Positions 61,899 through 64,000 of a stretch of 64,000 bases of DNA are shown here, piece after piece; position 1 is the first letter of the stretch, and the number at the start of each line of letters is the position of its first letter. The DNA is from Paraspadella gotoi (lineage: Eukaryota; Animalia; Chaetognatha): contig CM119270.1 in NCBI GenBank assembly GCA_051294375.1, positions 9,611,530 to 9,675,529 on the forward strand. The letters run 5' to 3'. The notes beneath the pieces are model-generated. The model was not told where the DNA came from, did not search any database, and was given only the letters and a program-made list of their open reading frames with translations. The position numbers and the translations under genes are program-made.

Positions 61899-62749
61899 GG
61901 TTAAATATATTAAAGAAAAAATGATGTCGTGCATGTTTTTTAGTGTGAGGCTGAAAGTATGTTGATAATAAATATATTGAAATATATATAAAGATAATTT
62001 ACAAGACCTGGTTTAAAATGTGCAAAGCGAAAAAATAAAATTTAAGACAATCTAAAATTAAATAATGAAAAATACAAAAACATTAGGGAAATGTTGATGT
62101 ATATGTTAGACACTCGGAGCGCGAGGAACGGGAGGAAGACCGAGGATGCCGGGACGAAGATGCTTCCGACTGTCGATTAGGCGACAGGGGGGTTTTATTT
62201 TTGTTTTTTTTCGTTCGTGTTGTTGTCATTACTGTAGTCTTTGACGTCGAAGCACTCGCTTGAGCACAGACAGAGTAAGTGGTGCGATAGTGATTGGCAA
62301 TGCTACCGCTAGAAAGAAGTTCTCTGGCATTGGTCTTTGAAAATGCTTTTGACATCGTTATTGTGTCGTGTTTTTTCCTTTTTCATTTGTTGTTGGTTGT
62401 GATTCTCCTAGTCTTCTCGCTTGTGGGGATTGATCTGGCGTTCTCGCGTGGAGGCTGAGGAGAGAGTGGAGGGAGGAAAAAACGTAAAGGGAGGGGTGGG
62501 TCGGGGGGAAAGGTGGGTGGTTGGGAGTGAGAGGGGAGGAGGAGGAGGAGGAGGAACCGAGTTGGGCGAACGCTGCTCGTCTGAATATTTAACGAGTTGT
62601 CCGAGTTCTTTCCTGTAGCCGGCTGCACTCGTTTGTAAAAACCGGGCTGGCCGCCCCCCCTTGGCTGGTACAATCGCTGAGATGTCCCTGATTCAACCCA
62701 ATGTCTCGTCGGAACCCTACTGCTGGTTTGATGCGGCGATGTTAGCGTT

Positions 62750-63420
62750 TCCGGTCTAACTGACTTATTGATCGGTGACGATTCACTACACGGTAAGGTC
62801 CTTCATATGGTGCTGTAGCAGTGGAAGGGTGAACGCCTGCTCTACCGACGAAAACGTGTTGAGCGGTGTCGAGGGAGATGGAATCGGTTTTTGATGAGAC
62901 GGATGTCGCCGTCGCCTGGAGGCGTGCCCTTTGAAAGATTCGAAAGTTGACGTTGTACTGTTGTTGTACAGGCGTGCGTTGTCGAGATTGAAAGGTCGTA
63001 CGACGATCATCCGGGGACGCTAAGCCTATCCCCGCAAGCGCATTGTGCGCCGACTGACTAGGCGCGATCGCATGTCTTGCTTATGCTGAGATCATGGCAA
63101 TTTCCTGAAAACCATTTGTCGCGTATTTATTCTTTGCTAAGGCGAAGAGGCGATCGTTTGAGTTGCCTGTGAAAGCTGATGCTTTATTGATGCTTTAATC
63201 CCCAGTGTTTCATTCAGTTGTCATCCACAAAGCTTGAGTTGAATTGTGTTCCGCCTGTCTGTAGTGGATACAGGACGGTGTATACGCGATACACTTATAT
63301 CTCGAGGCTCAAAAAGCTCAATAGATCGGTTGGAAGTGAGGGTGGTGGAATTTGGGATGCGCCTGCCCATCTTGAAAAACAGTGTGCGTCGATTACTTTT
63401 GCCTCTGTGCATCTAGACAG
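62750..63420 (-). pseudogene. Decayed Ty3/Gypsy LTR-retrotransposon integrase
   Basis: Frame-disrupted motifs in the expected order: FSRW (~63370), TTDRG-TQF (~63250), LNETLGIK, FHRQLK (~63165), LDTAQHVFV..APYEGPYRVV (GPY/F module, ~62790-62870). Purine run AAGGGGGGG at ~62655 could be a polypurine tract. Confidence 0.75.
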
Positions 63421-64000
63421 TCCCTGCCCACTTTAAACATCTTGACTCGCATGTTATTCCAAACAAATTTTTGCGGAGATGGCTTTACTTGTCGCGTCAT
63501 CGCCTGGGTGCCTATCTCAGTATAGAAAGCAACAGAGTTTGAATATTTTTCTTTCGCCATGAATGAGCGGTACGAATAGACGGGCAGGTTTGTTTGAAGG
63601 TTCTGACCTTGCTTCTTTCCTGATTCTTTGGTAATTGGGTCGAGAACTTGTTCTTGAGCATTTTGCTCAAAATTGGTTCAAATATTTAGCGATGCAATTA
63701 CCGCCTGAGTGTCTTCGAGTCGATTAGTTTATCGATTTTCTTTCAGAGTTTCCAGTATTTTTTGAATTCCGTCGTTTTCCATCGATCGTATCCCATTGCG
63801 ATGTAATCTTTTTCTTTCCGCTTTGTCATCGTCCTCGCATCTGAGGCGTCATCATGATATTGACCCTGCTGTAGCTGCCGCTGCGCCGCTGCTGCTACTG
63901 ACGGGGAATCTGTCACCGTAGTGATGCTATCGCTGCTGCTGGCGCTGCTGAGGCTGCTGACTAGGCCATCAATTTTGTCGCTGTCGTCATTATCGACGTC

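Overview
Intron-rich, microsatellite-rich (AG, GAC, GGAT) animal genomic DNA with two 10-N assembly gaps; the species cannot be named from sequence. Four protein-coding genes were reconstructed by hand from splice sites and reading phase. (1) A minus-strand smoothelin-like calponin-homology gene with alternative 5' exons (~4991-24181), running off the left edge. (2) A minus-strand SH3BP5/parcas-family gene (29552-32192). (3) A plus-strand unrecognised membrane-protein gene (33229-37508) with one internal in-frame TAG. (4) The 3' 25 exons of an axonemal inner-arm dynein heavy chain, most like DNAH12 (38065-59462, minus). The most interesting content is non-coding: a cluster of three vault-RNA-like Pol III genes antisense inside a dynein intron; several tRNA-headed SINE-like repeats carrying a circularly permuted (type-P5) twister ribozyme fold with covarying stems; and five Penelope-type minimal hammerhead motifs, most set in inverted repeats. 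Also present are a palindromic MITE with an 8-bp TSD, a decayed Gypsy integrase and tandem repeats. All homology calls are from remembered motifs, not database searches.
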